A stretch of 64,000 bases of DNA, taken from positions 17,833-81,832 of the forward strand of contig CAYLMZ010000001.1 of assembly GCA_964385035.1 (NCBI GenBank). Reading direction: 5' to 3'. Source of the DNA: an uncultured Loktanella sp. (lineage in GTDB: Bacteria > Pseudomonadota > Alphaproteobacteria > Rhodobacterales > Rhodobacteraceae). Below are positions 9,911 through 19,992 of the stretch, piece after piece (position 1 is the first letter of the stretch; each line of letters starts with the position of its first letter). The notes beneath the pieces were generated by a model. It had not been told where the DNA came from and ran no database searches. It saw only the letters and a list, made by a program, of their open reading frames with translations. The position numbers and the translations under genes are program-made.

Positions 9911-11005
9911 ATGGCTTTCACCGATGTCATCGACAACTACGCAAATGGCGCGGCAGGCACGCTGACAACCGTCAGTGGTGACACTGTTGGGTATACGGTG
10001 ACTTCGACAGCATCCACTGTGTCCTTCCCGAACACGTTTCAAGGCGCAAGGATCACCGGTGACGGAAGTGCGACAGTCACTGTCAACTTTGACGAGACCG
10101 TCACAGGTCTGTCGATCAGCTTTGATCGTAGCAACTCGCCAGAGGAATACTTTGTCCAGATTGATGGTGTGACCGTGAATCTTGCGACACTGATCGCTGA
10201 CGGTGATGCGACGTTTACCACAACAGGGGCCGGAACCCATTTGATCGGGCCGAATGGCGGGGTCACAAGTTCAGGAAGCCCTACGAACGGCAGCCTCGGT
10301 TTTTTGACGCTGAACCTGCCGGTCAATTCGGTGACTGTGTTTGGTGCTGGCGGGACAAGCGGTAACTTCGACATTATTGAAATCGGCACTGACTCGGTGG
10401 CCTTCCAGATTGTCTGCTTTGCCGCAGACACACGCATTGCAACACCAAACGGCCATATCCGTGCGGGCGATATTCAGGCAGGGGATAAACTCCTGAGCGC
10501 CGACGCCGACATGGTTGTTGTGGCTCAGGTCGGTCAGCAGCAGATCAGCCCGCTTCAGGCTGCACGGGAACGCAGGTTGCAACCCATTGTAATCAGGGCT
10601 GGCGCATTGGGACATGGCTTGCCCAAAAGGGATTTGAAGGTGTCGCGACAGCATCGGTTTCTCGTTGCATCGCGGATCGCCCAAAGACTGTCCGGTGCGT
10701 CCGAAGTGCTGATCGCGGCCCACCACTTGATAGGGTTGGATGGGATTGCCCCAGACCCCACACCAGGGCCCATGACCTATATCCATATCGATGTGGGCAC
10801 CCACGCCCTGCTCTTGGCGGAAGGTGCCCCTGCGGAAAGCCTGCTCCATGGGGATCAGACGGCCGGGGTCATTTCAACACCATTGGACCCTGCGACGCCT
10901 GTGCGCCCGATCCCTGACGCCAAGACCTGCAAAAAGATCGTTGCTGCCCACCAGCGGCACCAGCGGTCCGTTCTTGAAGACCGCGGCGAACTGCTCACCA
11001 GCTGA
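9911..11005 (+). CDS. Hint (hedgehog/intein-like, BIL) domain protein
   Basis: VCFAADTRIATPNG starting near 10412, DLKVSRQHR and HALLLAEGAPAES; Thr/Gly-rich beta N-domain. Confidence 0.88.
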   Translation: MAFTDVIDNYANGAAGTLTTVSGDTVGYTVTSTASTVSFPNTFQGARITGDGSATVTVNFDETVTGLSISFDRSNSPEEYFVQIDGVTVNLATLIADGDATFTTTGAGTHLIGPNGGVTSSGSPTNGSLGFLTLNLPVNSVTVFGAGGTSGNFDIIEIGTDSVAFQIVCFAADTRIATPNGHIRAGDIQAGDKLLSADADMVVVAQVGQQQISPLQAARERRLQPIVIRAGALGHGLPKRDLKVSRQHRFLVASRIAQRLSGASEVLIAAHHLIGLDGIAPDPTPGPMTYIHIDVGTHALLLAEGAPAESLLHGDQTAGVISTPLDPATPVRPIPDAKTCKKIVAAHQRHQRSVLEDRGELLTS

Positions 11006-11084
11006 CGGCACACAGCGCGATCACGTTTCCACGATCCGTTCTTTTCACATCACAAAGAGTGCTTAGGTCATTTGTTGAAAGCGT

Positions 11085-11166
11085 GCACTTTTGGAACTGT
11101 GCCGCTTTTATTCACTGTCCCTCGTTCCAACACCTGCGCCCGGTTCCCCTCCGGGCGCCTTTTTTG
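11085..11166 (+). ncRNA. Putative trans-acting sRNA (StsR-like); 5' end approximate
   Basis: ORF-free spacer with a pyrimidine-rich single-stranded stretch and its own terminator; complementary to the dcw leader (32078-32092 and 32170-32181). Confidence 0.65.
11136..11165 (+). terminator. Rho-independent terminator
   Basis: gcgcccgg-ttcccct-ccgggcgc followed by ctttttt. Confidence 0.85.
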
Positions 11167-11194
11167 TGACCAGCAAACGGGGTAGGGATGGGTC

Positions 11195-11665
11195 ATGACT
11201 TATTCAGACGATTTTCTGCGCACGATTCTGAAGCGGACCAAAACAGTCGCTGTTGTTGGCGTCTCGGCCAAGCAAATCCGCCCCAGCTATTACGTTGCAC
11301 GCTACCTCGGCCTGAAAGGGATGCGGGTTATTCCGGTCAACCCCGGATTGGCGGGGCAGATGCTCTTGGGTGAAACGGTCTATCCCGATGTTTCTGAGAT
11401 CCCGTTTGATGTGGATATGGTTGATATCTTTCGCCGGTCAGAAGCCGTCCCCCCAATTGTCGCAGCTTCACTGGATCGTTGGCCCGATCTGCAAACGATC
11501 TGGATGCAGATCGGCGTGACCCACCCTCAAGCCGCAGCTTTGGCCGAAGCGCGCGGGGTAGATGTGGTGCAAGATCGCTGCCCAAAGATTGAATATCAGC
11601 GGTTGTTCAACGAGCTGCGCATGGGTGGGTTTGTGACGGGTCGGGTGTCTTCCAAGCTGTCCTGA
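11195..11665 (+). CDS. CoA-binding protein (YccU family)
   Basis: AVVGVS, IPVNP, VDMVDIFRRS, WMQIG and DRCPKIE motifs. Confidence 0.9.
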   Translation: MTYSDDFLRTILKRTKTVAVVGVSAKQIRPSYYVARYLGLKGMRVIPVNPGLAGQMLLGETVYPDVSEIPFDVDMVDIFRRSEAVPPIVAASLDRWPDLQTIWMQIGVTHPQAAALAEARGVDVVQDRCPKIEYQRLFNELRMGGFVTGRVSSKLS

Positions 11666-11893
11666 TCCCCTATCCAAAGGTATATTTATCTATTTATTTT
11701 AAAGATTTAGGCGCTGTTCCTCGTTCAATCGGCGGGATTCCCCGCTCTTTGGTCTTGAGAGTGGGCGAATTGCCGCCGATCAATCGACCTATACGTGCGT
11801 ATTGTTGACCCTGAGGCCCACCAATACAGATCATAAGTTGTAACGATTGCTGACTTACCCGTCCCTGTCCACTCCAGAGACTTAGGTGATAGC

Positions 11894-13219
11894 TTGGAAA
11901 AAACACGCACACTCACGGCGGAACCTGCACTCACGGCGCCGGACCACTCCTTGCCAACTGACACCCTGCTTCAGGATGGCAAATTCATCATCGACCAGCC
12001 GATTGGCGCCGGCGGTTTTGGGATTACATATCTTGCGCATGACGCGGGCCTTGAACGGACTGTTGTGATCAAGGAATGTTTTGCCGATGGCTTTTGCCGT
12101 CGAGAAGGCAGCCAAGTGGTGGTGGACGCACCGAATTTTGCCAAGCCATTCCAGCAGACCGTCGGCATGTTTGTGCGCGAGGCACGCAGTATTGCAATGC
12201 TCCGCCATCCGAATATCGTCGGCGTTCATCAGGTTTTTCAAGAGAATGGCACTGCTTACATGGTGCTCGATCTGATCGAGGGTCGTGATCTGGCGGACGT
12301 GATTGAGTTGCCTGAAAAGAAACCAACACCTGACGAAATCCACGGCATTCTTGTCAAACTCCTTGATGCCGTTGCAGTGGTCCATGAAAGCGACCTGCTG
12401 CATCGTGACATCTCGCCCGAGAATATCCTTCTCGACAAGTGGGGTAGTCCCACTTTGATCGACTTCGGAGCCGTGCGCGAAGATGCGAGCCGGCGGACAG
12501 GCACCGGAAAAAGCCTTCTCTTTGTCAAAGACGGCTACTCGCCACATGAGTTCTACAAGGCCGGTGCCATGCAGGCGCAATCCAGCGACCTTTATGGTCT
12601 GGCAGCAACGATGTATCATCTGATCTCTGGCGAAGCACCGGCTGATGCGGTGTCACGCGCCGGGGCGATCGCAGCAGGCGAAGCTGACCCTTGCGCGCCT
12701 CTTTCCGGTCGGTTTGACGGGTTTGATGCTGTGATCCTTGAGACGATTGACCAAGCCATGCAGATCAAAGCGGGTGACCGGATCCAGACCGCCCGCGCAT
12801 GGCTCGAGCGGATCGAAGCCGAGGAAGAGAAATCACGCGTCGTCAAAATGCCGCTTGCGGTCCCGTTTGAGGAATTGACGAATATTGTCTCCGAAACGGA
12901 CAAGGCTTTCGATGGCTTTGATGATCTTCCCAAAGTGCTAGGTCCTGCGCAGGCCCATGCCAAGGACGCCTACAAGCCCAGATGGCGGGCCGAGTTCAAC
13001 TATGAGACAGCAAAGAAAGCCCGGCGCCTGCGCGGACAATCCCATATCGCCAATAAGGCAGCGCGTTTGGCCAAAAAGGCTGCCCAAGAAGAACAAGCGC
13101 GCCAGATGCTGGAAGCCATGGAAGAACAGTCTGCACGGGTAAGGCAGCGCCGGTCCATCTTTGAAGGGTTCTTTACCGATAGCCTGATTTTTCAGTGGAT
13201 GAACGCCCGCCGCACGTAA
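11894..13219 (+). CDS. Hanks-type Ser/Thr protein kinase
   Basis: GAGGFG, VVIKE, HRDISPENI, DFG and SDLYGLAA motifs; no TM segment; helical C-tail. Confidence 0.9.
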   Translation: MEKTRTLTAEPALTAPDHSLPTDTLLQDGKFIIDQPIGAGGFGITYLAHDAGLERTVVIKECFADGFCRREGSQVVVDAPNFAKPFQQTVGMFVREARSIAMLRHPNIVGVHQVFQENGTAYMVLDLIEGRDLADVIELPEKKPTPDEIHGILVKLLDAVAVVHESDLLHRDISPENILLDKWGSPTLIDFGAVREDASRRTGTGKSLLFVKDGYSPHEFYKAGAMQAQSSDLYGLAATMYHLISGEAPADAVSRAGAIAAGEADPCAPLSGRFDGFDAVILETIDQAMQIKAGDRIQTARAWLERIEAEEEKSRVVKMPLAVPFEELTNIVSETDKAFDGFDDLPKVLGPAQAHAKDAYKPRWRAEFNYETAKKARRLRGQSHIANKAARLAKKAAQEEQARQMLEAMEEQSARVRQRRSIFEGFFTDSLIFQWMNARRT

Positions 13220-13224
13220 AGGGC

Positions 13225-13533
13225 CTAGCTGCGCGCGGCCTTTTCGGCGATGCCGGATGTGCCTTGCCTGCGCGCCAACTCTGCCATGACGTCATCAAGC
13301 GACACATCTCTGGCTGCCAGCATAACCAGCAAATGATAAAGCACATCTGCCGCTTCGCTTGTCAGCCCTGCCTGGTCACCCTTGACCGCTTCGATGATCG
13401 CCTCAACGGCTTCTTCGCCGAATTTTTCAGCGCATTTTTCAGGGCCCTTGGACAGCAGCTTGGCAGTCCAGCTGCTGTCAGGGTCTGCCGTCTTGCGAGC
13501 CGCAATAGTCCTGGCCAATTCATCGAGTGTCAT
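13225..13533 (-). CDS. hisE: Phosphoribosyl-ATP pyrophosphatase
   Basis: KFGEEAVE and [11 protein letters not shown] motifs. Confidence 0.95.
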   Translation of the reverse strand: MTLDELARTIAARKTADPDSSWTAKLLSKGPEKCAEKFGEEAVEAIIEAVKGDQAGLTSEAADVLYHLLVMLAARDVSLDDVMAELARRQGTSGIAEKAARS

Positions 13534-14291
13534 GTCTGCCTCACTGGAATGCCCGCCGCGGCCATATGCGCCTTGGCCTCGCCGATGGTGTAAGTGCCAA
13601 AGTGAAAGATCGACGCAGCAAGCACTGCTGAGGCGCCGCCCTCGGTGACACCTTCGACAAGGTGATCAAGCGTGCCAACACCACCAGAGGCAATCACGGG
13701 CACATCCACAGCATCGGATATCGCGCGGGTCAGCGGCAGATTGAAACCTGCCTTTGTGCCGTCACGGTCCATAGAGGTCAGTAAGATCTCTCCGGCCCCC
13801 TTTTCGACAACTGTGCGTGCAAATTCTACAGCATCAATGCCCGTTGCACGACGGCCCCCGTGGGTGAAAATTTCCCATCTTCCGGGCGCGACGGTCTTGG
13901 CATCAATAGCCACGACAATGCACTGCGATCCAAAGCGCATGGCAGCCTCTGCCACCACATCGGGGTTGGCCACAGCAGCAGAGTTGAAACTGACCTTGTC
14001 AGCCCCCGCCAAAAGCAGGTTGCGCACATCATGGTGGGTGCGCACGCCGCCACCGATGGTCAGTGGCATGAAACACTGCTCTGCCGTCCGCGTCGCCAGA
14101 TCAAAAATGGTGCCACGGTTTTCTTCGGTGGCCATGATATCGAGGAAACACAACTCATCCGCGCCAGCCGCATTATAGGCGATGGCCGCATCCACCGGAT
14201 CGCCAGCATCAATCAGATCGACGAAGTTCACGCCTTTGACGACGCGGCCTTCAGCGACATCGAGACAGGGGATGATGCGTGTCTTGAGCAT
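13530..14291 (-). CDS. hisF: Imidazole glycerol phosphate synthase cyclase subunit
   Basis: [18 protein letters not shown] and [13 protein letters not shown] motifs. Confidence 0.97.
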   Translation of the reverse strand: MLKTRIIPCLDVAEGRVVKGVNFVDLIDAGDPVDAAIAYNAAGADELCFLDIMATEENRGTIFDLATRTAEQCFMPLTIGGGVRTHHDVRNLLLAGADKVSFNSAAVANPDVVAEAAMRFGSQCIVVAIDAKTVAPGRWEIFTHGGRRATGIDAVEFARTVVEKGAGEILLTSMDRDGTKAGFNLPLTRAISDAVDVPVIASGGVGTLDHLVEGVTEGGASAVLAASIFHFGTYTIGEAKAHMAAAGIPVRQT

Positions 14292-14335
14292 GTGGGTCTT
14301 CTAGGCCGATGCAGCACGTGCGGCAAGGGTCAGGC

Positions 14336-14362
14336 GTGTGAGTATTTTTGGCAAAATGATAA
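14336..14362 (-). repeat. Short REP-like repeat copy
   Basis: gagtatttttggcaaaatga, related to the core of the other copies; lies just after the hisA stop. Confidence 0.45.
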
Positions 14363-14368
14363 GGGCGC

Positions 14369-15085
14369 CTAGCGCAACGCCGCCAGTGCGGCCCCCAAAT
14401 CAATCGCCCCATCATAGAGCGCACGACCCGAAATCGCGCCCGAGATCACCCCGGTATCGCGTAACGCCGTCAGGTCCGCCATGGATGACACACCGCCAGA
14501 GGCAATCACCGGGATATCAACCGCGCGGGCAAGCGCGGCCGTTGCGTCGATGTTTGGCCCCTTCATTGCCCCGTCGCGCAGGATGTCGGTATAGATAATC
14601 GCTGCGATCCCAGCGTCCTCGAATGATTTGGCAAGGTCGGTGACCATCAAGTCGGTTTCTTCCGCCCAGCCCCGTGTCGCAACCCGCCCATTGCGGGCGT
14701 CCAGCCCCACCGCGACCTGCTCTGGAAACGCCTTTGCGGCCTCACGCACCAGATCGGGGTTTTCCACCGCGACCGTGCCAAGGATCACGCGGGCCAAGCC
14801 CTTGTCCAACCAACGCTCGATCGTGGCCATATCCCGGATACCGCCGCCCAATTGGGCAGGCACCGGACAGGCCTTCAGGATCGCCTCAACGGGGGCTGCG
14901 TTCACTGGTTCACCGGCGAAGGCCCCGTTCAGGTCCACCAGATGCAGCCAAGCGCACCCGGCGGCCAAAAATTCCTTGGCCTGTGCTGCCGGATCGTCAT
15001 TAAAGACAGTTGTTTGATCCATATCCCCATGCACAAGCCGCACGGCGTTTCCATCTTTGAGGTCAATGGCAGGGTAGAGGATCAT
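14369..15085 (-). CDS. hisA: ProFAR isomerase
   Basis: [26 protein letters not shown] and [10 protein letters not shown] motifs. Confidence 0.96.
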   Translation of the reverse strand: MILYPAIDLKDGNAVRLVHGDMDQTTVFNDDPAAQAKEFLAAGCAWLHLVDLNGAFAGEPVNAAPVEAILKACPVPAQLGGGIRDMATIERWLDKGLARVILGTVAVENPDLVREAAKAFPEQVAVGLDARNGRVATRGWAEETDLMVTDLAKSFEDAGIAAIIYTDILRDGAMKGPNIDATAALARAVDIPVIASGGVSSMADLTALRDTGVISGAISGRALYDGAIDLGAALAALR

Positions 15086-15226
15086 CACGGCAGCCTTTCG
15101 TCAGATTTACGCGCTTTATGCATGGGGGTGCCCGAATTGCAACGCCACCTTGGACCCAACGTCATACTTGATTGGATCGGTCTGTCTTGGCCAAGGTATG
15201 CCCATCACTCAGGGAGGAAGATGAGT

Positions 15227-15613
15227 ATGAAGAAGTTTTTGGTCGCAGCCGCAATCGCGGCATTCGGCACAATGGCCGCGGCGCAAGATGCAGCCGTCGG
15301 TGTGTGGCAGACTGAAGTTGATGACGGTGCCTATGCCCATATCACCATGTCTGAATGTGGTGCTGCCGTGTGTGGCGTGATCAGCCGCACATTCAACGCC
15401 GATGGCGAATACCAGTCGGAAAACATCGGCAAGACGCTTGTGATTGACATGGTCCCCGAAGGCGACGGCACCTACGAGGGCTCAGTCTGGCGTCCATCCA
15501 ACGACAAGATCTACATCGGCAAGATGCAGGTCGCAGGTAATCAGCTGCGTCTGCGTGGCTGTATCGCGGGCGGTTTGCTTTGCTCCAGCCAGGATTGGGT
15601 GCGCGTCCAGTAA
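15227..15613 (+). CDS. Secreted DUF2147 family protein
   Basis: Signal peptide MKKFLVAAAIAAFGTMAAAQD; GVWQT...CG.I...LRGCIAGGLLCSSQDW; GGGAGG RBS. Confidence 0.85.
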   Translation: MKKFLVAAAIAAFGTMAAAQDAAVGVWQTEVDDGAYAHITMSECGAAVCGVISRTFNADGEYQSENIGKTLVIDMVPEGDGTYEGSVWRPSNDKIYIGKMQVAGNQLRLRGCIAGGLLCSSQDWVRVQ

Positions 15614-15630
15614 AGACGCACAATAGCTGT

Positions 15631-15660
15631 TAAGGGGCCTCCGCTTGCGGGGGCCTTTTA
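15631..15660 (+). terminator. Rho-independent terminator
   Basis: aggggcctccgc-tt-gcgggggcctttt hairpin. Confidence 0.7.
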
Positions 15661-15727
15661 CGTTTGGGGGTCCCATTGACTTCTTTCATGGGCTCGGGCC
15701 CTCTTGATCCAAAGACAGGAGCCCCCA

Positions 15728-16969
15728 ATGACCCAGTTCAAAGAAGAGTTGAAATCGCGCCTCATGCGTTACTGCGGGATCGACAGCCAGTCCGATATGG
15801 ACAGCCCCGGTGCGCCCTCGACCGCGTGCCAGCATGTGATCCTTGATCTTGTCGCGGAAGAGTTGCGCCAGATGGGGGCCGTCGATGTGACCAAAGCGGA
15901 CTATGGCACAGTCATCGCAACAATCCCGGGCAATGTTGACGGGCCAACAGTGGGATTTCTGGCTCATGTGGACACCGCCCCACAATTCAATGCAACAGGC
16001 GTCAAGCCGCGCGTCGTCGAAGGCTATAACGGCGGTGCCATCAGCTATCCCGACGATCCGGATCTGTCCCTGTCACCGGAGGATAACCCCTACCTTCTGG
16101 AAAAGATCGGCGATGATATCGTCACAGCATCCGGCCTGACCCTGCTTGGGGCCGACGACAAGGCGGGCATGGCCATCGTCATGACATCCGCCCGACACCT
16201 GTTGGAAAACCCTCACATCAAGCGCCCTACGATCCGGGTCGCTTTCACCCCCGACGAAGAGATCGGGCGCGGCGTTGATGATCGCCTTCCACAGGATCTG
16301 GGTGTGGACTTTGCCTATACCTTTGATGGCGAAGACTTGGGCGAGATTATCTATGAAACTTTCTCTGCCGATTTTGCGGTGGTCAAAGTCAAGGGCGTCT
16401 CCATCCACCCGGGGTTGGCCAAAGACAAGCTCGTCAATGCGATCCATCTGGCGTCAAAGATCATCGACACTCTGCCTCAGGTGACGATGACACCTGAAAC
16501 AACCGACGGGTATGACGGCTTCATCCACGCCGTCGATTGCAAGGGGGACGCCGCAGAGATGACGTTGCGGTTTATCCTGCGGGATTTCGAGCTGGATGGA
16601 TTGGCCGCAAAAGGGGCACTTCTTCGGCAAGTCTGCGCGACGATTGCCGCGACAGAGCCAAGGGCCGAGATCACTTGCGAGATCACGCCGCAATACCGCA
16701 ACATGCGCTATTGGCTGCAAGATGACATGACCCCAGTTGATCTGGCGCGCGCGGCTTTGGCTGATCTGGGTATCGCGGAGAAATCTGTCCCAATCCGGGG
16801 CGGCACAGATGGATCGCGCCTGACCGAAATGGGTGTGCCGTGCCCGAACCTCTTTACCGGTATGCAGAACATTCATGGCCCGCTTGAGTGGGTCTCGGTG
16901 CAGGATATGGAGCAGGCGACAGCGCTTTGCCTGCGGATCGCCGAGCGGGCAGGGGGTGTGTCAGCCTAG
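15728..16969 (+). CDS. pepT: Peptidase T (tripeptidase, M20B)
   Basis: AHVDTA, LLGADDKAG, FTPDEEIGRG, HPG and PIRGGTDG motifs. Confidence 0.93.
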   Translation: MTQFKEELKSRLMRYCGIDSQSDMDSPGAPSTACQHVILDLVAEELRQMGAVDVTKADYGTVIATIPGNVDGPTVGFLAHVDTAPQFNATGVKPRVVEGYNGGAISYPDDPDLSLSPEDNPYLLEKIGDDIVTASGLTLLGADDKAGMAIVMTSARHLLENPHIKRPTIRVAFTPDEEIGRGVDDRLPQDLGVDFAYTFDGEDLGEIIYETFSADFAVVKVKGVSIHPGLAKDKLVNAIHLASKIIDTLPQVTMTPETTDGYDGFIHAVDCKGDAAEMTLRFILRDFELDGLAAKGALLRQVCATIAATEPRAEITCEITPQYRNMRYWLQDDMTPVDLARAALADLGIAEKSVPIRGGTDGSRLTEMGVPCPNLFTGMQNIHGPLEWVSVQDMEQATALCLRIAERAGGVSA

Positions 16970-17437
16970 GCCGGTTTCTTCCAACAGGCCCAGACGCTTG
17001 GCCTCATAGTAGTAACCGCGGGCATACCACATAACCGCCGCCTCTTCGTCGCCGCCGGACACCAGCCATGCGCCGCGCAGATAGCGCCCTGCGTAGATCA
17101 GATTGGTCTCTGCATCGAGCAACCCCTCCGGATCGCCCTGATAGCCCATGCCGCGTGCGGTATTGGGGTGGATTTGCATCAACCCCATATACGGGCCATT
17201 GCGGGCCCAAGGGCGATGTGTGCTTTCACGGACGATCACCCGATGCAGCAGGGTGACGGGAATCCCATGCACATCCGCGTAGCGGTTGATCAGCGCGCGT
17301 AACTCTGGCGTTTCATTGGGATAAAGCGGCAGGTTCTGCGCCCCGCGTGATGATCGCGCAGGGGCTGGATCAGACCGCCCGCAGGCAGCAATCATACTCA
17401 AGGTCGAAAGCGCAAAGGCGCGGCGGGTCAGGGTCAT
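16961..17437 (-). CDS. Lytic transglycosylase (SLT), Tat-type lipoprotein
   Basis: TRRAFAL twin-arginine and IAACG lipobox; catalytic RES, GLMQI and NLIYAGRYL. Confidence 0.85.
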   Translation of the reverse strand: MTLTRRAFALSTLSMIAACGRSDPAPARSSRGAQNLPLYPNETPELRALINRYADVHGIPVTLLHRVIVRESTHRPWARNGPYMGLMQIHPNTARGMGYQGDPEGLLDAETNLIYAGRYLRGAWLVSGGDEEAAVMWYARGYYYEAKRLGLLEETGLG

Positions 17438-17629
17438 GCAGATGCTCGGTCTTGCGGCACCATCCGTGCGGTGCCTTTTCGTTTTGTTGAACCTTGACCG
17501 ACACCTTTGAGGTTAACAAGCCCTCAGCCCACCGTGCACAGATGCCATACGCTTTGCCGACGTTTTGCCGACGCGACGCAGACAGCAAAGTTATGGTGAA
17601 TACAGCATGAAATCAGCATGTTACAAGAT

Positions 17630-18268
17630 TTACGGCGCCCAAAGCAGAAAATTGCCGATCATCCGCAATCCTGCATCCTGACTTTTTTCGGGATGGAATT
17701 GCGTGCCAATCATCGTATCGCGTCCAATGATCGCGGTGACATCTCCACCATAATCGACATGGGCCAGACGCTCGGACGGGTTGGTGACGTCCATTGCATA
17801 GGAATGGACAAAATATGCATGATCGCCGGTCGTGATGCCGTTCAGCACCGGATGGGGAGTGTCGATCACCAGATCGTTCCAGCCCATATGCGGTACCTTC
17901 AGTTGTGCATCGACAGGGGCGATTTTGCGGATATCGCCCGCCACCCAGTCAAAGCCGGGGGTTGGTTCATATTCATGCCCCGTCGTGGCCATCATTTGCA
18001 TGCCCACACAAATCCCCATGAAGGGGCGGGCCTTGACGGTGACAGTCTCGATGATCGCTTCGGCCAGACCCGTGCGGGCAAAAAGTTCGGCGCGGCAATG
18101 CGGAAAGGCCCCATCACCGGGCAGTACGATCCGGTCGGCCTTGGCCACCACATCAGGGTCAGAGGTCACGATGATCGACCCTGCACCGACCTCGGCAGCC
18201 ATACGTTCAAAGGCCTTCTGGGCCGAATGCAGGTTCCCGCTGTCGTAATCGACAAGTGCCGTCGTCAT
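17630..18268 (-). CDS. hisH: Imidazole glycerol phosphate synthase glutaminase subunit
   Basis: GICVGMQ, VPHMGWN, YFVHSY and QFHPEKS motifs. Confidence 0.96.
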   Translation of the reverse strand: MTTALVDYDSGNLHSAQKAFERMAAEVGAGSIIVTSDPDVVAKADRIVLPGDGAFPHCRAELFARTGLAEAIIETVTVKARPFMGICVGMQMMATTGHEYEPTPGFDWVAGDIRKIAPVDAQLKVPHMGWNDLVIDTPHPVLNGITTGDHAYFVHSYAMDVTNPSERLAHVDYGGDVTAIIGRDTMIGTQFHPEKSQDAGLRMIGNFLLWAP

Positions 18269-18852
18269 AGGCTGCCCTTGGTCGAAGGGATGGCATCGGC
18301 TTTGCGCGGATCAGTCTCGACCGCTTCGCGCAACGCACGCGCGACGGCTTTGAACGCAGCCTCTGCAATATGGTGAGCGTTGAAGCCATGCAGCTTGTCG
18401 ATGTGCAATGTGATGCCGCCATGGGTCGACAAGGCCTGAAAGAACTCGCGGACCAACTCGGTATCAAAGGTCCCGATCTTGCCAAATGGCAGATCAAGGT
18501 TGCAGATCAGATAGGGGCGTGCAGACAGATCAAGCGCACAGCGGATCTGTGCGTCATCCATGGCCAAATGGCACGACCCGTAGCGGCGAATGCCCTTCTT
18601 GTCGCCCAATGCCTCTGTCAGCGCTTGTCCCAGGGCAATGCCCACATCCTCGACTGTGTGGTGGTCATCAATGTGCAAATCCCCTGTCGCGCGGACAGTC
18701 ATGTCGATCAACGCATGACGCGACAATTGATCCAGCATGTGGTCAAAAAATCCAACGCCCGTCTGGTTGTCATATTGGCCGGTGCCATCAAGATTGATCG
18801 TGACAGAAATATCCGTCTCGGCGGTCTTGCGTGTGATTGTTGCCTTGCGCAT
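18265..18852 (-). CDS. hisB: Imidazoleglycerol-phosphate dehydratase
   Basis: [14 protein letters not shown] and [12 protein letters not shown] motifs. Confidence 0.97.
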   Translation of the reverse strand: MRKATITRKTAETDISVTINLDGTGQYDNQTGVGFFDHMLDQLSRHALIDMTVRATGDLHIDDHHTVEDVGIALGQALTEALGDKKGIRRYGSCHLAMDDAQIRCALDLSARPYLICNLDLPFGKIGTFDTELVREFFQALSTHGGITLHIDKLHGFNAHHIAEAAFKAVARALREAVETDPRKADAIPSTKGSL

Positions 18853-19010
18853 CGGATGCACCCCTTCAGGTTTCGTATCGCTCTATAGGCTGAAATCGGG
18901 GCAGGGGCCAAGGCGTCAAAAATCATCGGTCAGAATCGTTGCGGGTTTTCAGCAAAATTTAAGAGTTGCGATCTAGGTTAGTTCCAGTTGCCATTTATCA
19001 GGAGAATCCG

Positions 19011-19763
19011 ATGAAAGCTCTTATCCTGCGTCAGGACCCTGACGCATCCCACGCCATTTCACGCGCATTGATGGACAAAGGGTTCCAGATCCTTTGTGTT
19101 GAAAAACTCGACGTGGCCCATGCGCTGATCCGCGTGGACACGATTGACCTTCTGGTCATGGATGAACGGATAGACGGGCAGCTGACGCATGCGATTGCAC
19201 TGTCAGGTGAGCGGAAAAACCCTTGCCTGAGCGCGATTTTCATGACCGACCGTCCCGGCGAACAGACCGAAGACCTCTATGCGTTGATCCCGTCGCTTTA
19301 CGCCCTTGTGGGGATGGAGGTTGATGCAAAGCTGGTTGCGAAACTTGCCTTGTCTGCGGTCAGCAACATCGAAGATCTGATGGCGCGCATTGCAGCACAA
19401 AACGCACAAGAAGCCGAAGACGCCACAGACGCGGCAGAGGCCGGGATGCCTGCGCTGGTGCTCGATCAGGCCATGAAGGCAACGGTCTACCCATCTGAGC
19501 AAGAAGGTGATCCGGCATTGGCAGACATGGTCTTTGCCAGCCCCGCTATGGAAGAACTGCGCCAAACCCCTTCAGCGCAGCTGCCGCAGCCGATCAATGA
19601 CGTGATCATAGCCGAAGTCGCAGCGATCTTTCGCGATGGTGCATTTCCGACGCCCGAAATGGATCGCGACGATGACGAAGCCAGGACAGCAGACGCACCC
19701 GCCTTCGTTGCGCCGCGCCCGGCACCGATGCCCATTGCAGAGGTTCTTGGCACTGCTGTGTGA
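19011..19763 (+). CDS. Hypothetical protein with a degenerate receiver (REC)-like N-domain and an acidic C-tail
   Basis: MKALILRQD...IDLLVMDE...AIFMT follows the REC pattern; AGGAG RBS. Confidence 0.65.
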   Translation: MKALILRQDPDASHAISRALMDKGFQILCVEKLDVAHALIRVDTIDLLVMDERIDGQLTHAIALSGERKNPCLSAIFMTDRPGEQTEDLYALIPSLYALVGMEVDAKLVAKLALSAVSNIEDLMARIAAQNAQEAEDATDAAEAGMPALVLDQAMKATVYPSEQEGDPALADMVFASPAMEELRQTPSAQLPQPINDVIIAEVAAIFRDGAFPTPEMDRDDDEARTADAPAFVAPRPAPMPIAEVLGTAV

Positions 19764-19782
19764 CAATCATTGTTGCAAAAAC

Positions 19783-19811
19783 AAAAGGCCGCGACGGTGT
19801 CGCGGCCTTTT
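19783..19811. terminator. Bidirectional terminator
   Basis: aaaaggccgcgac-ggt-gtcgcggcctttt between convergent genes. Confidence 0.85.
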
Positions 19812-19821
19812 CGTTTCGAAT

Positions 19822-19896
19822 TGGAGCGGGCGATGAGATTCGAACTCACGACCCTAACCTTGGCAAGGTTATGCTCTACCCCTGAGCTACGCCCGC
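19822..19896 (-). tRNA. tRNA-Gly(GCC)
   Basis: Reverse complement GCGGGCGTAGCTCAGGGGTAGAGCATAACCTTGCCAAGGTTAGGGTCGTGAGTTCGAATCTCATCGCCCGCTCCA. Confidence 0.97.
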
Positions 19897-19992
19897 ACTC
19901 CGTTTCGTGAGGCGTGATCTATAAACTTCGACAGCCCCTTGCAAGACCAAAATCACACCTTTCGTCGTTTTTCTTTCCACTGCAAAACACCC

